DNA of 64,000 nt from Candidatus Omnitrophota bacterium (GTDB lineage: Bacteria; Omnitrophota; Gorgyraeia; Gygaellales; Profunditerraquicolaceae), in assembly GCA_028716245.1 (NCBI GenBank), contig JAQUQW010000001.1, forward strand, positions 40,793 to 104,792, given 5' to 3'. The position numbers and the translations under genes are program-made. Below the pieces are notes generated by a model. It did not search any database and had not been told where the DNA came from. It saw only the letters and a list, made by a program, of their open reading frames with translations. Positions 46,362 through 57,352 of the stretch are shown piece by piece (position 1 is the stretch's first letter; the number at the start of each line of letters is the position of its first letter).

Positions 46362-47405
46362 ATGAAGAAAGCTTTGATCACAGGGATTACGGGGCAGGAT
46401 GGTTCATATCTTGCTGAATTTTTATTAAGCAAAGGCTATCAGGTGCATGGAATTATCAGAAGGGCAAGTACCTTTAATACTGGAAGAATCGATCATATCT
46501 TTAAGGATCTACATGAACCCAAGGTACATCTTTTTCTTGAATATGGCGACCTTTCTGATGGTGAGCAGGTTTCAAACATCGTTTATAATATAAAGCCGGA
46601 TGAGATATACCATTTGGGTGCTCAAAGCCATGTGCGCGTAAGTTTTGATATGGCGGAGTATACAGGAAATGCCACTGCCTTAGGTACTACCAGGATCCTA
46701 GAGGCGGTAAGAAGAAGCAAACATAGTGTAAAGTTTTATCAGGCATCTTCAAGTGAGATGTTCGGTAACGCCTTGCCTCCGCAGGGTGAAGAAACGCCAT
46801 TTATCCCCAGAAGTCCTTATGCCTGCGCTAAGGTTTATTCATATTGGATGACTAAAAATTACCGTGAAGGCTATAATATTTTTGCTGCTAATGGTATTTT
46901 ATTCAATCATGAGTCACCAAGAAGAGGAGAAACATTTGTTACCAGAAAAATTACGCGGGCTCTGGCAAATATTATTGCCGGTAAACAAAAGAAACTTTAT
47001 CTCGGTAATCTTAAGGCTAAGAGAGACTGGGGTTACGCTCCGGAATATGTTGAGTTGATGTGGAAAATCTTACAACAAAAAAACTCTCAAGATTATGTAA
47101 TCGGTACTGGAGAATCGCATTCTGTGGGTGAATTTGTAACTCTTGCTTTTGATTATGCCAGATTGAATTATAAGGATTATTTGGGAATCGATGAACGTTA
47201 TTTTAGGCCTACGGAAGTCGAAAATTTGATTGCTGATACGGCTAAGGCTAAGAAGAGTTTAGGCTGGAAACCAAGGATTAAATTCGAAGAATTAGTAAAA
47301 ATAATGGTAGATGCAGATATGCGTCATATTGGTTTAAAGCCGATTGGCCAGGGAGATAAAATATTGCGCAATAAATTTCCTGATAGGTGGTGGGGTATAG
47401 ACTAG
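46362..47405 (+). CDS. gmd: GDP-mannose 4,6-dehydratase
   Basis: [29 protein letters not shown] catalytic Y/K. Overall Gmd length. Confidence 0.9.
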   Translation: MKKALITGITGQDGSYLAEFLLSKGYQVHGIIRRASTFNTGRIDHIFKDLHEPKVHLFLEYGDLSDGEQVSNIVYNIKPDEIYHLGAQSHVRVSFDMAEYTGNATALGTTRILEAVRRSKHSVKFYQASSSEMFGNALPPQGEETPFIPRSPYACAKVYSYWMTKNYREGYNIFAANGILFNHESPRRGETFVTRKITRALANIIAGKQKKLYLGNLKAKRDWGYAPEYVELMWKILQQKNSQDYVIGTGESHSVGEFVTLAFDYARLNYKDYLGIDERYFRPTEVENLIADTAKAKKSLGWKPRIKFEELVKIMVDADMRHIGLKPIGQGDKILRNKFPDRWWGID

Positions 47406-47409
47406 TATT

Positions 47410-48630
47410 ATGAAGAAGATCAATGTCGGTAATATAGAAATCGGAGAGCGAGAGAGGAGAGCAGTAATAAAGGTGCTGGACTCCGGCAGGATATCTGAAG
47501 GAGAAAAGACCCGTGAATTCGAAAAGAGATGGGCAGATTATATCGGCTCGAAGTACTGTGTTGCTACAAGTTCAGGTACTGCAGCGCTTATTACTGTGTT
47601 AACTGCTTTAAAATATCTGCATGCATTAGAGGGGCGCCCCAAAGTTATAACTTCGCCCTTAACCTATATTTCAGATGCCAACGCTCTTACTTTGACAGGT
47701 TTTAAGCCGATTTTTGTAGACGTGGATCCGGTGACTTTCTGCATTACTCCCGAAAATATAAGGAATTATTTAAGGAAGGCTAAGGATAAATCTGAATATA
47801 GCATGATTCTGGCTGTAGATTTAATGGGATATCCCGCCAGATTAGATGAGATAAAGAAGATTGCGCAAGAATATAACTTACTTGTTATTGATGATGCGGC
47901 GGAAGCACATGGTAGTGTTTACAGGGGTAAGAAATGCGGTTCTAATGCCGATGCGGGAGTATTCTCTTTCTATATAGCACATAATCTCTCTGCAGGAGAA
48001 ATGGGTGCAATTACTACCGACAATTATGAGCTTTATCATTTCTGTAAGAAAGTTAAAACCAATGGCAGGTATTGTAAGTGCGATATATGCTTGCGTCATC
48101 AGGAGAAATGTCCTTCTTTACGAGGCTATAGCGGAGAGGGAGACTTTGATCCGAGGTTTCTTCATGATATTGTGGGTTATAATTTCAAAATTACGGAGTT
48201 CCAGTCTGCTATTGCTTGCGTTCAAATAGAAGACGTTAACAAAATTATTAAAAAAAGACAGGATAATTTAAGTTATCTCAACCAGGGGCTAAAAGAATTA
48301 TCAGGAATATTACAACTTCCTCTTTTTAGCAAGAATGTAAGTTATTTAGCTTACCCTGTGGTTATAAAGAAACCCGAGGTTATTTCGCGTCGCGAATTAA
48401 GGATTAAGCTCGAGAAAAATGGGATAGAAACTAGGCCTATATTTGGGTGTATCCCTACTCAGCAACCGGCTTATTCTCATCTAAAGGAAGAATATGCTAG
48501 TGTTTTGCCGAATGCAGACTATATTGGAGCAAATGGTTTTTATATCGGTTGTCATCAATACTTTAAACGACGAGATTTGGATTATATAATTTCAACATTT
48601 AAAAAGATAATTAAGGAGCGCAATGCATAA
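47410..48630 (+). CDS. DegT/DnrJ/EryC1/StrS-family PLP-dependent sugar aminotransferase (GDP-perosamine synthase-like)
   Basis: The fold-type I sugar aminotransferase pattern sits between gmd and fcl. Confidence 0.8.
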   Translation: MKKINVGNIEIGERERRAVIKVLDSGRISEGEKTREFEKRWADYIGSKYCVATSSGTAALITVLTALKYLHALEGRPKVITSPLTYISDANALTLTGFKPIFVDVDPVTFCITPENIRNYLRKAKDKSEYSMILAVDLMGYPARLDEIKKIAQEYNLLVIDDAAEAHGSVYRGKKCGSNADAGVFSFYIAHNLSAGEMGAITTDNYELYHFCKKVKTNGRYCKCDICLRHQEKCPSLRGYSGEGDFDPRFLHDIVGYNFKITEFQSAIACVQIEDVNKIIKKRQDNLSYLNQGLKELSGILQLPLFSKNVSYLAYPVVIKKPEVISRRELRIKLEKNGIETRPIFGCIPTQQPAYSHLKEEYASVLPNADYIGANGFYIGCHQYFKRRDLDYIISTFKKIIKERNA

Positions 48631-49567
48631 GAAATCGAGGATTTTTGTTTCCGGGCACACCGGTATGGTAGGTATGGCCGTGGTGAGTCTTTTAAGGAAA
48701 GAAGGATATCGTAATCTTATTTTGAGGAGTTCACAAGAATTGGACTTGCGCAATCAGGCTAAAGTTTCAAGTTTTATGCATAAAGAAAAGCCTGAATATG
48801 TTTTTCTATTTGCTGCTAGAGTAGGAGGAATTCAGGCGAACATTAGCCATCCTGCAGAATTTCTTTATGATAATATTATGATTGAAGCCAACATAATTGA
48901 ATCTAGTTACCGCTTGGGAATAAAAAAACTGCTTTATCTGGGAAGTTCCTGTGCTTATCCCCGTGAATGTCCTCAACCGATGAAAGAAGAATATTTACTC
49001 ACCGGTAAGCCTGAACCGACTAATGAAGGGTATGCTTTGGCCAAGATTATTGGTCTAAAGATGTGCGAGTACTATAATCAGCAATATGGCACTAATTTTA
49101 TCTGTCTTGTTCCGCCCAATCTTTATGGGCCAGGGGACAATTTTGATTTGGCTAATTCGCATGTAATTCCTGCTTTAATCCGTAAATTTGTTGAAGCTAA
49201 AAGATACAATCTTCCTCATGTCGAAGTATGGGGTACGGGCCTGGCGAGAAGAGAGTTTTTGTATACGGAAGACGTGGCTTTGGCTTGTTTGTATTTCATA
49301 AAACGTTACGACGCTAAGAATTTTCCTTGTTTTGTAAATATAGGCTATGGAAAAGATCTTAGCATAAAGGAGTTGGCAGGGATTATAAGCGATAAGGTTG
49401 GCTATAAAGGTAAAATCTTATGGGATAAGGTAATTCCTGAGGGCATGCCTAGGAAACTATTAAATAATTCTAAAGCCAGAAAACTTCTCTGGAAACCGAA
49501 GACCACTCTTGATGATGGTATAGTTAAGACAGTTTTATGGTATAAGAATAATTATTTAGATTATTAA
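48623..49567 (+). CDS. fcl: GDP-L-fucose synthase (GDP-4-keto-6-deoxymannose 3,5-epimerase/4-reductase)
   Basis: IFVSGHTGMVGMAV. YALAKIIGLK. Typical Fcl length. Confidence 0.85.
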   Translation: MHKKSRIFVSGHTGMVGMAVVSLLRKEGYRNLILRSSQELDLRNQAKVSSFMHKEKPEYVFLFAARVGGIQANISHPAEFLYDNIMIEANIIESSYRLGIKKLLYLGSSCAYPRECPQPMKEEYLLTGKPEPTNEGYALAKIIGLKMCEYYNQQYGTNFICLVPPNLYGPGDNFDLANSHVIPALIRKFVEAKRYNLPHVEVWGTGLARREFLYTEDVALACLYFIKRYDAKNFPCFVNIGYGKDLSIKELAGIISDKVGYKGKILWDKVIPEGMPRKLLNNSKARKLLWKPKTTLDDGIVKTVLWYKNNYLDY

Positions 49568-49568
49568 A

Positions 49569-52163
49569 ATGCGTAAGAAATCATTTTTTTCAAGAGTTCC
49601 CTCTTTGATTACAAAATCTCCAGCTTTTCCATTTCTGGTCATTCTACTTATCATTTTAGCAATATCGATATTAAATAAATTTCCTAAAGGGCGTATCTTT
49701 TGTTATAGCGATTTCTTTCAATTTGTAAATTTTGAAGGTGCAATAAATTGGTTTACTAATGTTTTTGTAAACTATGGAGAAGGGAATTTAAATTTCTTAT
49801 ATGTTCCGTTCTATTATTCATTTCTCGGCTTTATCCAGAATATTATCGGACAGAAGTATATGTCTGTAGCCTATTTTTTCATTTTCCTCGGAGGCAGTTT
49901 CCTCTCTTTTTATATAGCAACCATTTTTTTTGGGCTTGATAAAAAAACAGATAAATTTACAATACTTTGTTTCTCGCTACTCTACTCACTAAATTCATAC
50001 ACAGCTATAAGATTTGAACTGCCGTGTATTTATTTCCTTCCGTATATTTTTATTCCGGTTTTATTTGCTACTCTTCATGCTTATTTTATGGATGTTCATC
50101 TTTTGAACAGGAACCTGCTCTGGTGCGCAGTAGCCATGTTGATAAGTACCGTTTGCTGGGCAGGTCCACCTTATTTTGTCGCTTATACTATATTAACTTC
50201 TATCTACATTATTTTCATCTCTATTTTTGATAGAAGATATAATTTTGCAATCTTAGGCAAAAAAATTTTTCTCTATTTCTTCGTATTTATCAGCAGTTTT
50301 GCGATGTATATTTTTACCTGGCCGGCGATATTGCTCGGTTACAATGCTGCTGTTAAGGCAGGAAGATATCAGGTAAATAATCTTGAGTGGATATATTCAC
50401 AATCATTACCCATGTTGGATGTTTTTTCATTCCGATCTAGATTCTTTGGCTTGGTTAACATTAATAAAGTAAGTTTCCTATTTTTTATTATGCTAAGTTT
50501 TTCCTTATTTCTGTTTTTAGCGGTAAGTTTCTTGTCCTCTCGGAAAAATACTTATAAAAGGATTATTATCATATTCGGGTTTATGGTATTGGTTATAGGT
50601 TTTTTCTTAAATAAAGGAAAAGGCTTTAGCTGGGAAGCAGCTGCACATTCCATATTTGCCAGTAATATTATTTTATGTTCACTGCGGAGTTTTGACAAAA
50701 CTCTAATTTTTCTTCCTTTCATGTTGCTGATGCCTTATTGTTTATATAGTGCAAATGCAAAACATAAAATCTTACCCTGGGTTATGTTGGCTTCTACACT
50801 TATTTTTTGTTGGCCCTTTATCAATGGTAATCTATACAAAAAATATTATGCCGTGGATCAGGGGAAGGATTATTTGACAAGCCGATACGCTTCATTGGTT
50901 AAAATCCCACAGGAATATTTTGACATAGCCAGCGCAACTAACCGCCTAAAAAGTGATTTCAGGATTCTTAGCGTTCCGTGGTTTTTGGATAATCCGGATC
51001 TGAAAGGTTGGCTAATATCTCCAAAATGGAAGAATATGGGAGCAAACCCCCTAATACAATATTTTAATCATCCTTTTTCTCAAATGAGCGAACCTAGTGC
51101 ATTCAGGAGCTGGAATTATGGAGTTACTTGGGGTGAGGAGTCTAGTAATGATGAATCTTTTTGGATAATACCGCTTTCGGGACTGATTAATGCTAAGTAT
51201 TTAATTTTTCAGAAAGACGTGTCGGATAAATTCGTAAACCAGGCTGCTCCTAAGATAGCTTCCTATAAAGATAAGGGGGCTATCAAGCTGTTAGTTTCTA
51301 ATCCCTACTTTGATTTCTTTGAAGTTTCTGATGCTTATTTCTTACCGCATTTTTATGTAGCAGATAAGCTTTACTGTGTTAAGAATGCCAAAAGCATACC
51401 TTCCATTCTAAAGAATGTCCCACTTGGAGAAAAGGCAGGAATTTTAGAATCGAATAACGAAAGTACTAACGAGCAAGCTTTAAACAATAGAGAAGTCGTT
51501 ATTGAATACAAACAGATTAATTCCGCGAAATATAAGGTAAAATTCCACGGCATTACTAAATCTTTTCCTTTTATTTTTTCCGAATCGTTTGATCCTTTTT
51601 GGAGAATATACCCTAAGCGTTATACTGAGGCCGAAGTTAGGAATATCGATACCTACCAAATTTTTAAGGGCAATGAAGCATTTCAGGCTTCCAGAGAAGA
51701 ATTTGGCACTTATCTAAAGGAAAATTGGGTTTCCGAGTTGGGTAATGGAAGCGTAAAGAATAGAAGAACAACTCTGTGGTTATCCTCTAATTTGCTGAGA
51801 AGCTTTGAGGAGCAATATCGCATAGACTTTATTTCAAAGAAAATTAAAGGGACTATTCAAAATGATAATATTTCAAAAGGTAGTTTTTACGATACATATT
51901 CTCTTAGGGCGATTGATGATAAATTTCATAGAATAGTAAACGGCTACGCTAACTTTTGGCAGATTGATTTGGGTTACCTAAAAAATAATTTCCCAGAAGA
52001 CCTAAAGAACAACAGTGACGGTTCGTATGACCTCGAGGTAATTATCGAGTTTTGGCCTCAAAAAGTTTTATACATAAGCCGGGTTTATGTTATCATCTTT
52101 TCGTTTATCGTTTTGGTCTTATTGGCCTGGTCTTTTATTATAAAAAGGAAGAATTTTATTTAA
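49569..52163 (+). CDS. Large polytopic membrane protein (GT-C-like glycosyltransferase or polymerase candidate) with a C-terminal extracytoplasmic domain
   Basis: 864 aa. The first ~400 aa are very hydrophobic with many TM helices. The C-terminal ~450 aa is soluble, followed by a terminal TM helix. Very AT-rich. Confidence 0.35.
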   Translation: MRKKSFFSRVPSLITKSPAFPFLVILLIILAISILNKFPKGRIFCYSDFFQFVNFEGAINWFTNVFVNYGEGNLNFLYVPFYYSFLGFIQNIIGQKYMSVAYFFIFLGGSFLSFYIATIFFGLDKKTDKFTILCFSLLYSLNSYTAIRFELPCIYFLPYIFIPVLFATLHAYFMDVHLLNRNLLWCAVAMLISTVCWAGPPYFVAYTILTSIYIIFISIFDRRYNFAILGKKIFLYFFVFISSFAMYIFTWPAILLGYNAAVKAGRYQVNNLEWIYSQSLPMLDVFSFRSRFFGLVNINKVSFLFFIMLSFSLFLFLAVSFLSSRKNTYKRIIIIFGFMVLVIGFFLNKGKGFSWEAAAHSIFASNIILCSLRSFDKTLIFLPFMLLMPYCLYSANAKHKILPWVMLASTLIFCWPFINGNLYKKYYAVDQGKDYLTSRYASLVKIPQEYFDIASATNRLKSDFRILSVPWFLDNPDLKGWLISPKWKNMGANPLIQYFNHPFSQMSEPSAFRSWNYGVTWGEESSNDESFWIIPLSGLINAKYLIFQKDVSDKFVNQAAPKIASYKDKGAIKLLVSNPYFDFFEVSDAYFLPHFYVADKLYCVKNAKSIPSILKNVPLGEKAGILESNNESTNEQALNNREVVIEYKQINSAKYKVKFHGITKSFPFIFSESFDPFWRIYPKRYTEAEVRNIDTYQIFKGNEAFQASREEFGTYLKENWVSELGNGSVKNRRTTLWLSSNLLRSFEEQYRIDFISKKIKGTIQNDNISKGSFYDTYSLRAIDDKFHRIVNGYANFWQIDLGYLKNNFPEDLKNNSDGSYDLEVIIEFWPQKVLYISRVYVIIFSFIVLVLLAWSFIIKRKNFI

Positions 52164-52176
52164 GTTTGCACAGAAA

Positions 52177-53397
52177 ATGAACTATAATCGCATTTGTCTT
52201 AGCACTTATATAAATACAGTTGATAACGAAGCCTATACGCTTTTTGGGCCCATCCAAAACATTACAGGATTTCTTTGTTTGAGGTTCTTTGATATTTATA
52301 TGATTAGTCAGCCTATGCCGGGTGAGTTTGATTTGACTCCGACATTAACCCTCTATCGAGGTGGAAAGCCTTTATGGATGAAGAAAATGCCGAAATTATG
52401 GCAATTGTTGTACTGGAGAAGTAATAAGAAGTTAACATCGGGTCAGACGGTAATTAGGCTTAAATTACGCGATTTTATTTCAAATTTCTATTTTATCCTG
52501 TTCTGTATTCCTCATAAGCTAGATTTGTTTATTGGTGTCGAGAGTATCAATGCTTTAAGCGCGGTTCTCTTGAAGAGGCTAGGCTGCATCCGAACTGTTT
52601 TATATTTTTCCAACGACTATCATCCTAATAGATATGCTAGGTTAAAAAACTGGATTTTTCTTAAGTTGGATGAGATAGCCGCCTATAGGTGTGATTACAT
52701 CTGGATGATGAATCCGAGGATACATAAATCTAGGCTGGAGAGGGGGCTTGACCCATTGAAGCTTGCACCTCATTTTATTATCCATGGTGGGCTTCCATTT
52801 TTCACTGGAGAGCCTTTAGCTATAAATGAAAGGCAGATGAATAGAATTGTTTATGCTACGCGGGCAGGTCATCTAGGCTTAGGGATTGTTCTGGAAGCTT
52901 TTTCGGTAGTAATTATGAAGCATCCCGATATAAAGCTTTATATAACTGGACACGCTGATAAGGAAGAGCCAAGAATGTGTTCGCTCATAGAGAAGTTAAA
53001 GATAGCTAGGAATCTCATCTTTACCGGTTTTATCAAAGAGGAGGAGTTGAATTACCTTATAAAATATTCCTATATCGGACTTGCAATATGGTCCTGTAGC
53101 GCTGCTGCATCGGCAACATACGGCGATCCGGAGAAAATCCGGCGCTATTTCCATTTTGGGTTACCTGTAGTTTCGACAGTAAATGCTTTTACATCTGAAG
53201 TCATCAGTAAGTATGGTGCAGGAATAGTCGTTGACGATAGAGTTGAGTCTGTTACCAAGGCTATTCTGACTTTGCTTGATGATAAAGATTTATATACAAA
53301 GTGCGCTCAGGCATCGGCAGAACTCGGAAAATTCTACAAGGAGCATAATCCGCTTGATGATTCGATAAAAGATCTAAAGAAGAAAAATTTGTTTTAG
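52177..53397 (+). CDS. Glycosyltransferase, GT-B (family 1/4-like)
   Basis: C-terminal GT-B region around GHLGLGIVLEAF...ITGHADKEE. Confidence 0.5.
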   Translation: MNYNRICLSTYINTVDNEAYTLFGPIQNITGFLCLRFFDIYMISQPMPGEFDLTPTLTLYRGGKPLWMKKMPKLWQLLYWRSNKKLTSGQTVIRLKLRDFISNFYFILFCIPHKLDLFIGVESINALSAVLLKRLGCIRTVLYFSNDYHPNRYARLKNWIFLKLDEIAAYRCDYIWMMNPRIHKSRLERGLDPLKLAPHFIIHGGLPFFTGEPLAINERQMNRIVYATRAGHLGLGIVLEAFSVVIMKHPDIKLYITGHADKEEPRMCSLIEKLKIARNLIFTGFIKEEELNYLIKYSYIGLAIWSCSAAASATYGDPEKIRRYFHFGLPVVSTVNAFTSEVISKYGAGIVVDDRVESVTKAILTLLDDKDLYTKCAQASAELGKFYKEHNPLDDSIKDLKKKNLF

Positions 53398-53450
53398 GTA
53401 TTATACTGAATAGTTGCGTCGTATTAATGGAAGTAGTATAATTAAAAATT

Positions 53451-54263
53451 ATGGTTTCTCCACTGTCAACAATTTATAATTTTGTCGGAAATATCCCTTA
53501 TAGGATACATCCAAGTTTACATTTTCAGATGTATAAATTTTTTGTAAATGTTGGATTAAAAAGTCTAACCCAGGATGCCGTTGTTAAATTTGCGATTAAG
53601 TACTTAAAAAAAGGCGATTGCGTGATAGATATTGGGGCAAACCGTGGAACTTACAGCTATTCTATGCTCAAGGCTGTAGGGGAAAGGGAGGGGGCGGTAT
53701 ATTCTTTTGAGCCGAATCCGTTGATCGCTAAGCAGCTAAGGAAAAATCTGAAACATTCAAATGTTGTAATCGAGAACTTTGCTCTCTCGAGTACATCGGG
53801 AAATAGAGTCTTTTATAGGCATACTAAAGGTTGCGGTCCTACGAGTTCTTTAGAGTTTTTTGATATATTGGATAAATCAGGAGAACTGGAAGAAACAGAA
53901 GTTAAGTGTGTAACTCTGGATGCATTTTGTCAGTCTCATAAGCTATCGCCAAATTTAATTAAAATTGATGTAGAGGGGCATGAATTCAATGTTTTTAAAG
54001 GAGCGAAGTCGACCATCCAGGGGTATCGTCCTTATATCATATTTGAATTCATAGAAGAATTTTGGCAGGAGAAGCATATCAAGGAAGTATTTGAATTCTT
54101 AGCGCCTGTTTACGATTTGATCCGTATTGAGGATGGCGCTAACGCAATAGAAGCCTATTTGGATTATAAACCCCATTGTTATTTCGATTTTAGGAAATCA
54201 AAGGTTGTGAATATTGGGTGTATCCCGCGGGGTGGATACGATACCGTTTTAGGAAGGATATAA
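53451..54263 (+). CDS. FkbM-family SAM-dependent methyltransferase
   Basis: DIGANRGTYS SAM motif I. FkbM-like length. Confidence 0.75.
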   Translation: MVSPLSTIYNFVGNIPYRIHPSLHFQMYKFFVNVGLKSLTQDAVVKFAIKYLKKGDCVIDIGANRGTYSYSMLKAVGEREGAVYSFEPNPLIAKQLRKNLKHSNVVIENFALSSTSGNRVFYRHTKGCGPTSSLEFFDILDKSGELEETEVKCVTLDAFCQSHKLSPNLIKIDVEGHEFNVFKGAKSTIQGYRPYIIFEFIEEFWQEKHIKEVFEFLAPVYDLIRIEDGANAIEAYLDYKPHCYFDFRKSKVVNIGCIPRGGYDTVLGRI

Positions 54264-54267
54264 AATT

Positions 54268-55281
54268 ATGAAAAAGAGAGTGTTGATCACGGGTATAACC
54301 GGGATGGTTGGATCGCATCTTGCCGATTTTTTACTCGAAAATAGTGATTGGGATATTTACGGTATGTGTCGTTGGCGTAGCCCGCTGGATAACGTGGAAC
54401 ACCTTTTGTCCAGGGTGAACAAAAAGGATCGCTTATATTTTATTTATGGAGAACTTGGCGATTATATTTCGTTACAGAATGCGGTTAAAGAGAGTAGTCC
54501 GGATTATGTTTTTCATCTTGCGGCGCAAAGTTATCCGCTGACAAGTTTCACTTCTCCACTTCAAACTCTGGATACGAATATCTTAGGAACAGAGCGCCTG
54601 CTTGAAGCCTTACGTAAATGCAAAGGGATTGATCCCGTTATTCATGTATGTTCTTCTTCGGAAATCTTCGGCAGAGTAAGTAAAGAAAAGCTACCAATCA
54701 ATGAGAGTTGCTCATTCCATCCGGCTTCTCCTTATGCGATCTCGAAAATCGGCACCGATCTGATTGGTAAGTTTCATGCTGAGGCTTATCAGCAAAAAGT
54801 AGTGGTAACCAGGATGTTTACTCATACTGGCCCCAGGAGGGGGGATGTTTTTGCTGAATCTACTTTCGCTAAGCAAATTGCAATGATTGAACGCGATCTT
54901 GTTCCACCGGTTGTAAAAACGGGTAATCTTAATTCTATGCGTACCTGGTCTGATGTACGTGATGCGGTCAGGGCTTATTATATGCTGGTAACAATTAACC
55001 CGGTTCCGGGGGAGTGTTATAACATCGGAGGTTCGTTTTCTTGTTCTGTTGGCGATATGCTGAAGCATCTTATTTCGATCTCAACGCGCAAAAATATTAC
55101 AGTTGAAACAGATAAAGAGAGGTTGCGTCCTATTGATGCGGATTTGCAGATTCCGGATACGAGAAAATTCAGGAAACATACGGGATGGGAACCAAAAATA
55201 ACTTTTGAGAAAACGATGCAGGATTTATTGAACTATTGGCGGGAAAAATTTAGCTCCGGGAAAATGTATCTGACCCGATAA
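54268..55281 (+). CDS. Gmd/Rmd-family NDP-sugar dehydratase/reductase (GDP-4-keto-6-deoxy-D-mannose reductase-like)
   Basis: VLITGITGMVGSHLADFLL and YAISKIGTD motifs. It is a paralog of gmd. Confidence 0.7.
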   Translation: MKKRVLITGITGMVGSHLADFLLENSDWDIYGMCRWRSPLDNVEHLLSRVNKKDRLYFIYGELGDYISLQNAVKESSPDYVFHLAAQSYPLTSFTSPLQTLDTNILGTERLLEALRKCKGIDPVIHVCSSSEIFGRVSKEKLPINESCSFHPASPYAISKIGTDLIGKFHAEAYQQKVVVTRMFTHTGPRRGDVFAESTFAKQIAMIERDLVPPVVKTGNLNSMRTWSDVRDAVRAYYMLVTINPVPGECYNIGGSFSCSVGDMLKHLISISTRKNITVETDKERLRPIDADLQIPDTRKFRKHTGWEPKITFEKTMQDLLNYWREKFSSGKMYLTR

Positions 55282-55286
55282 TTTTC

Positions 55287-56294
55287 TTGATAAGATTGGA
55301 AGATATCTTTAGGAAAAATATGTTAGTTAATCGTAATACTATGAAAGAATTAAACATCACTCTTTATAAAACTATGTATATGATCCGTAAGGTCGAAGAA
55401 AAGATTCAGGCTCATTACCTTGAAAATGAGATGAAAACTCCTATGCATATGTCTATGGGGGAGGAAGCTATAGCTGCCGGTGTTTGCCATGCCCTGAAGC
55501 CAGAGGATCAAGTTTTGGGTTCTTACAGAAGCCACGGTATCTATATCGCTAAGGTGCAGGAGACTGACAAATTTTTTGCCGAAATGTACGGAAAGGTTAC
55601 GGGAACATCTCAAGGCAAGGCTGGTTCTATGCATTTGCTAGCTCCGGAGGCAGGCCTGGTTTGTACTTCAGCTATTGTGGGTAGCTCTATCCCGGTGGCT
55701 ATCGGATTTGCTTTTGCCAATAAGCAAACTAAAAATGGTCGGATTACAACCGTATTTTTTGGGGATGGCGCTGTTGATGAAGGAGTGTTTTGGGAGAGTT
55801 TGAATTTTGCCTGTTTAAGTAAACTTCCGGTTGTATTTATTTGTGAAGATAACGGTTTTGCTGTGCATAGCCCTGTCAGTGAAAGGCATGGCTATGGTTC
55901 TATCGCAGAAATCGTGCGTAAGTTTGATTGTAGTGTTTTTCAGAGTGATTCTTCAGATGTGCAAGTCATATACAATCTTACCAAGAACGCGCTGAAAGAA
56001 ATGTCGAATAACAATAAGCCAGTTTTTCTTTATTTTAAATACTATCGTTATCTTGAACATGTTGGGGTATTTGATGATTTTAAGGCAGGTTACAGGCCAA
56101 AGGAAGATTTTGAGAAATGGCTGAAGGTTGACCCAGTCTGTATGCAGCGCAAGAAACTTGTAAGGTTAATAAACGAAGGAAAGGTAGCGTCATTAGAAAA
56201 AGAAATAGAGGATCGGATAAATTTAAGTAAGACTAGGGCCCAGCAGGCTGATTTTCCCGATGCAAGAATTGCCTGTGAGGATATTTATATATGA
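55287..56294 (+). CDS. Thiamine-diphosphate-dependent dehydrogenase E1 component, alpha subunit
   Basis: TPP-binding GDGAVDEG. Motif GSYRSHG. E1 alpha-like length. Confidence 0.8.
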   Translation: MIRLEDIFRKNMLVNRNTMKELNITLYKTMYMIRKVEEKIQAHYLENEMKTPMHMSMGEEAIAAGVCHALKPEDQVLGSYRSHGIYIAKVQETDKFFAEMYGKVTGTSQGKAGSMHLLAPEAGLVCTSAIVGSSIPVAIGFAFANKQTKNGRITTVFFGDGAVDEGVFWESLNFACLSKLPVVFICEDNGFAVHSPVSERHGYGSIAEIVRKFDCSVFQSDSSDVQVIYNLTKNALKEMSNNNKPVFLYFKYYRYLEHVGVFDDFKAGYRPKEDFEKWLKVDPVCMQRKKLVRLINEGKVASLEKEIEDRINLSKTRAQQADFPDARIACEDIYI

Positions 56295-57334
56295 AAAGAA
56301 TGATTACATATCGTGAGGCGCTGAACGAGGCCATAATCGGGGAAATGAGGCGTGACCCAAGAGTATTTATGTATGGGATAGATGTTGCGGATCATAAGCG
56401 TACTTTTGGGAGTGGTAATGGAATTTTAGAAGAGTTTGGGAATTCCCGTTGTTTTAGCACTCCTTTGTCCGAGTGTTCTATGACTGGCTTAGGGCTTGGA
56501 GCGGCTTTAAGCGGATTACGTCCGATTCATGTTCATATGCGAGTTGATTTCTTGATTTTAGCCATGAATGAGCTCACTAATATGATTGCCAGTTTTTCTT
56601 ATGGTTCCTGCGGGAAGATGAAAGTGCCTATGGTTATAAGGGCGGTAATTGGCCGTGGCTGGGGCCAATCCTGGCAGCATAGCAAAACATTGCATTCCTG
56701 GTTCGCCCATATTCCGGGATTAAAAGTTGTTATGCCTTCCAGGCCAAGTGATGCCAAAGGTATGCTCATTGCTGCTATACGAGATGATAATCCGGTTATT
56801 TTCATAGAACATCGCTGGCTATATGATGTCGTAGGGGAAGTTCCTGAAGAAGCTCTAACCGAGCCTCTTGTGGGAAGCAGAGTAATCCATTCGGGAAAAG
56901 ACGCAACAGTTCTTGCAGTTTCTTGGATGAACGTAGAAGCGTTGCAAGCAGCGGAAGTATTAGAGAAACACGGCATAAGCCTTGAAATAATCGATGCGCG
57001 GTCGATCTCTCCGTTTGACGATACAACAATTATAGATTCGATCAAGAAGACCGGGCATTTAATAGTGGCTGATTATGATTGGATTCACTGTGGATTTGGT
57101 GCCGAAGTAGCTACGCGGGTCTATGAAAAATGCATGAGAATACTGAAGTCACCGATAACCCGGATTGGTTTCGCCGAAGCACATTGCCCATGTTCGCGTC
57201 CGCTTGAAGTAAAATTCTATCCTTCAGCCATAGATATTATCCGATCAGTCGAAAAAAAACTTGGCCTTTCCGAGATTGACCTAGCGCAGGAAGAGTTCTA
57301 TTCGTATGAAAAGAAGTTCAAGGGCCCATTTTAG
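56291..57334 (+). CDS. Thiamine-diphosphate-dependent dehydrogenase E1 component, beta subunit (transketolase-like)
   Basis: Transketolase pyrimidine-binding and C-terminal domains. It is translationally coupled to the alpha subunit. Confidence 0.8.
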   Translation: MKRMITYREALNEAIIGEMRRDPRVFMYGIDVADHKRTFGSGNGILEEFGNSRCFSTPLSECSMTGLGLGAALSGLRPIHVHMRVDFLILAMNELTNMIASFSYGSCGKMKVPMVIRAVIGRGWGQSWQHSKTLHSWFAHIPGLKVVMPSRPSDAKGMLIAAIRDDNPVIFIEHRWLYDVVGEVPEEALTEPLVGSRVIHSGKDATVLAVSWMNVEALQAAEVLEKHGISLEIIDARSISPFDDTTIIDSIKKTGHLIVADYDWIHCGFGAEVATRVYEKCMRILKSPITRIGFAEAHCPCSRPLEVKFYPSAIDIIRSVEKKLGLSEIDLAQEEFYSYEKKFKGPF

Positions 57335-57352
57335 TTAGCTACCCATATAGTA

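Noticed and set aside
50024-50230. Short internal + strand ORFs inside larger genes (for example 50024-50230, 30235-30420, 2622-2852, 13593-13865)
   Set aside because: They are nested in alternate frames of well-supported genes and have no independent signals.
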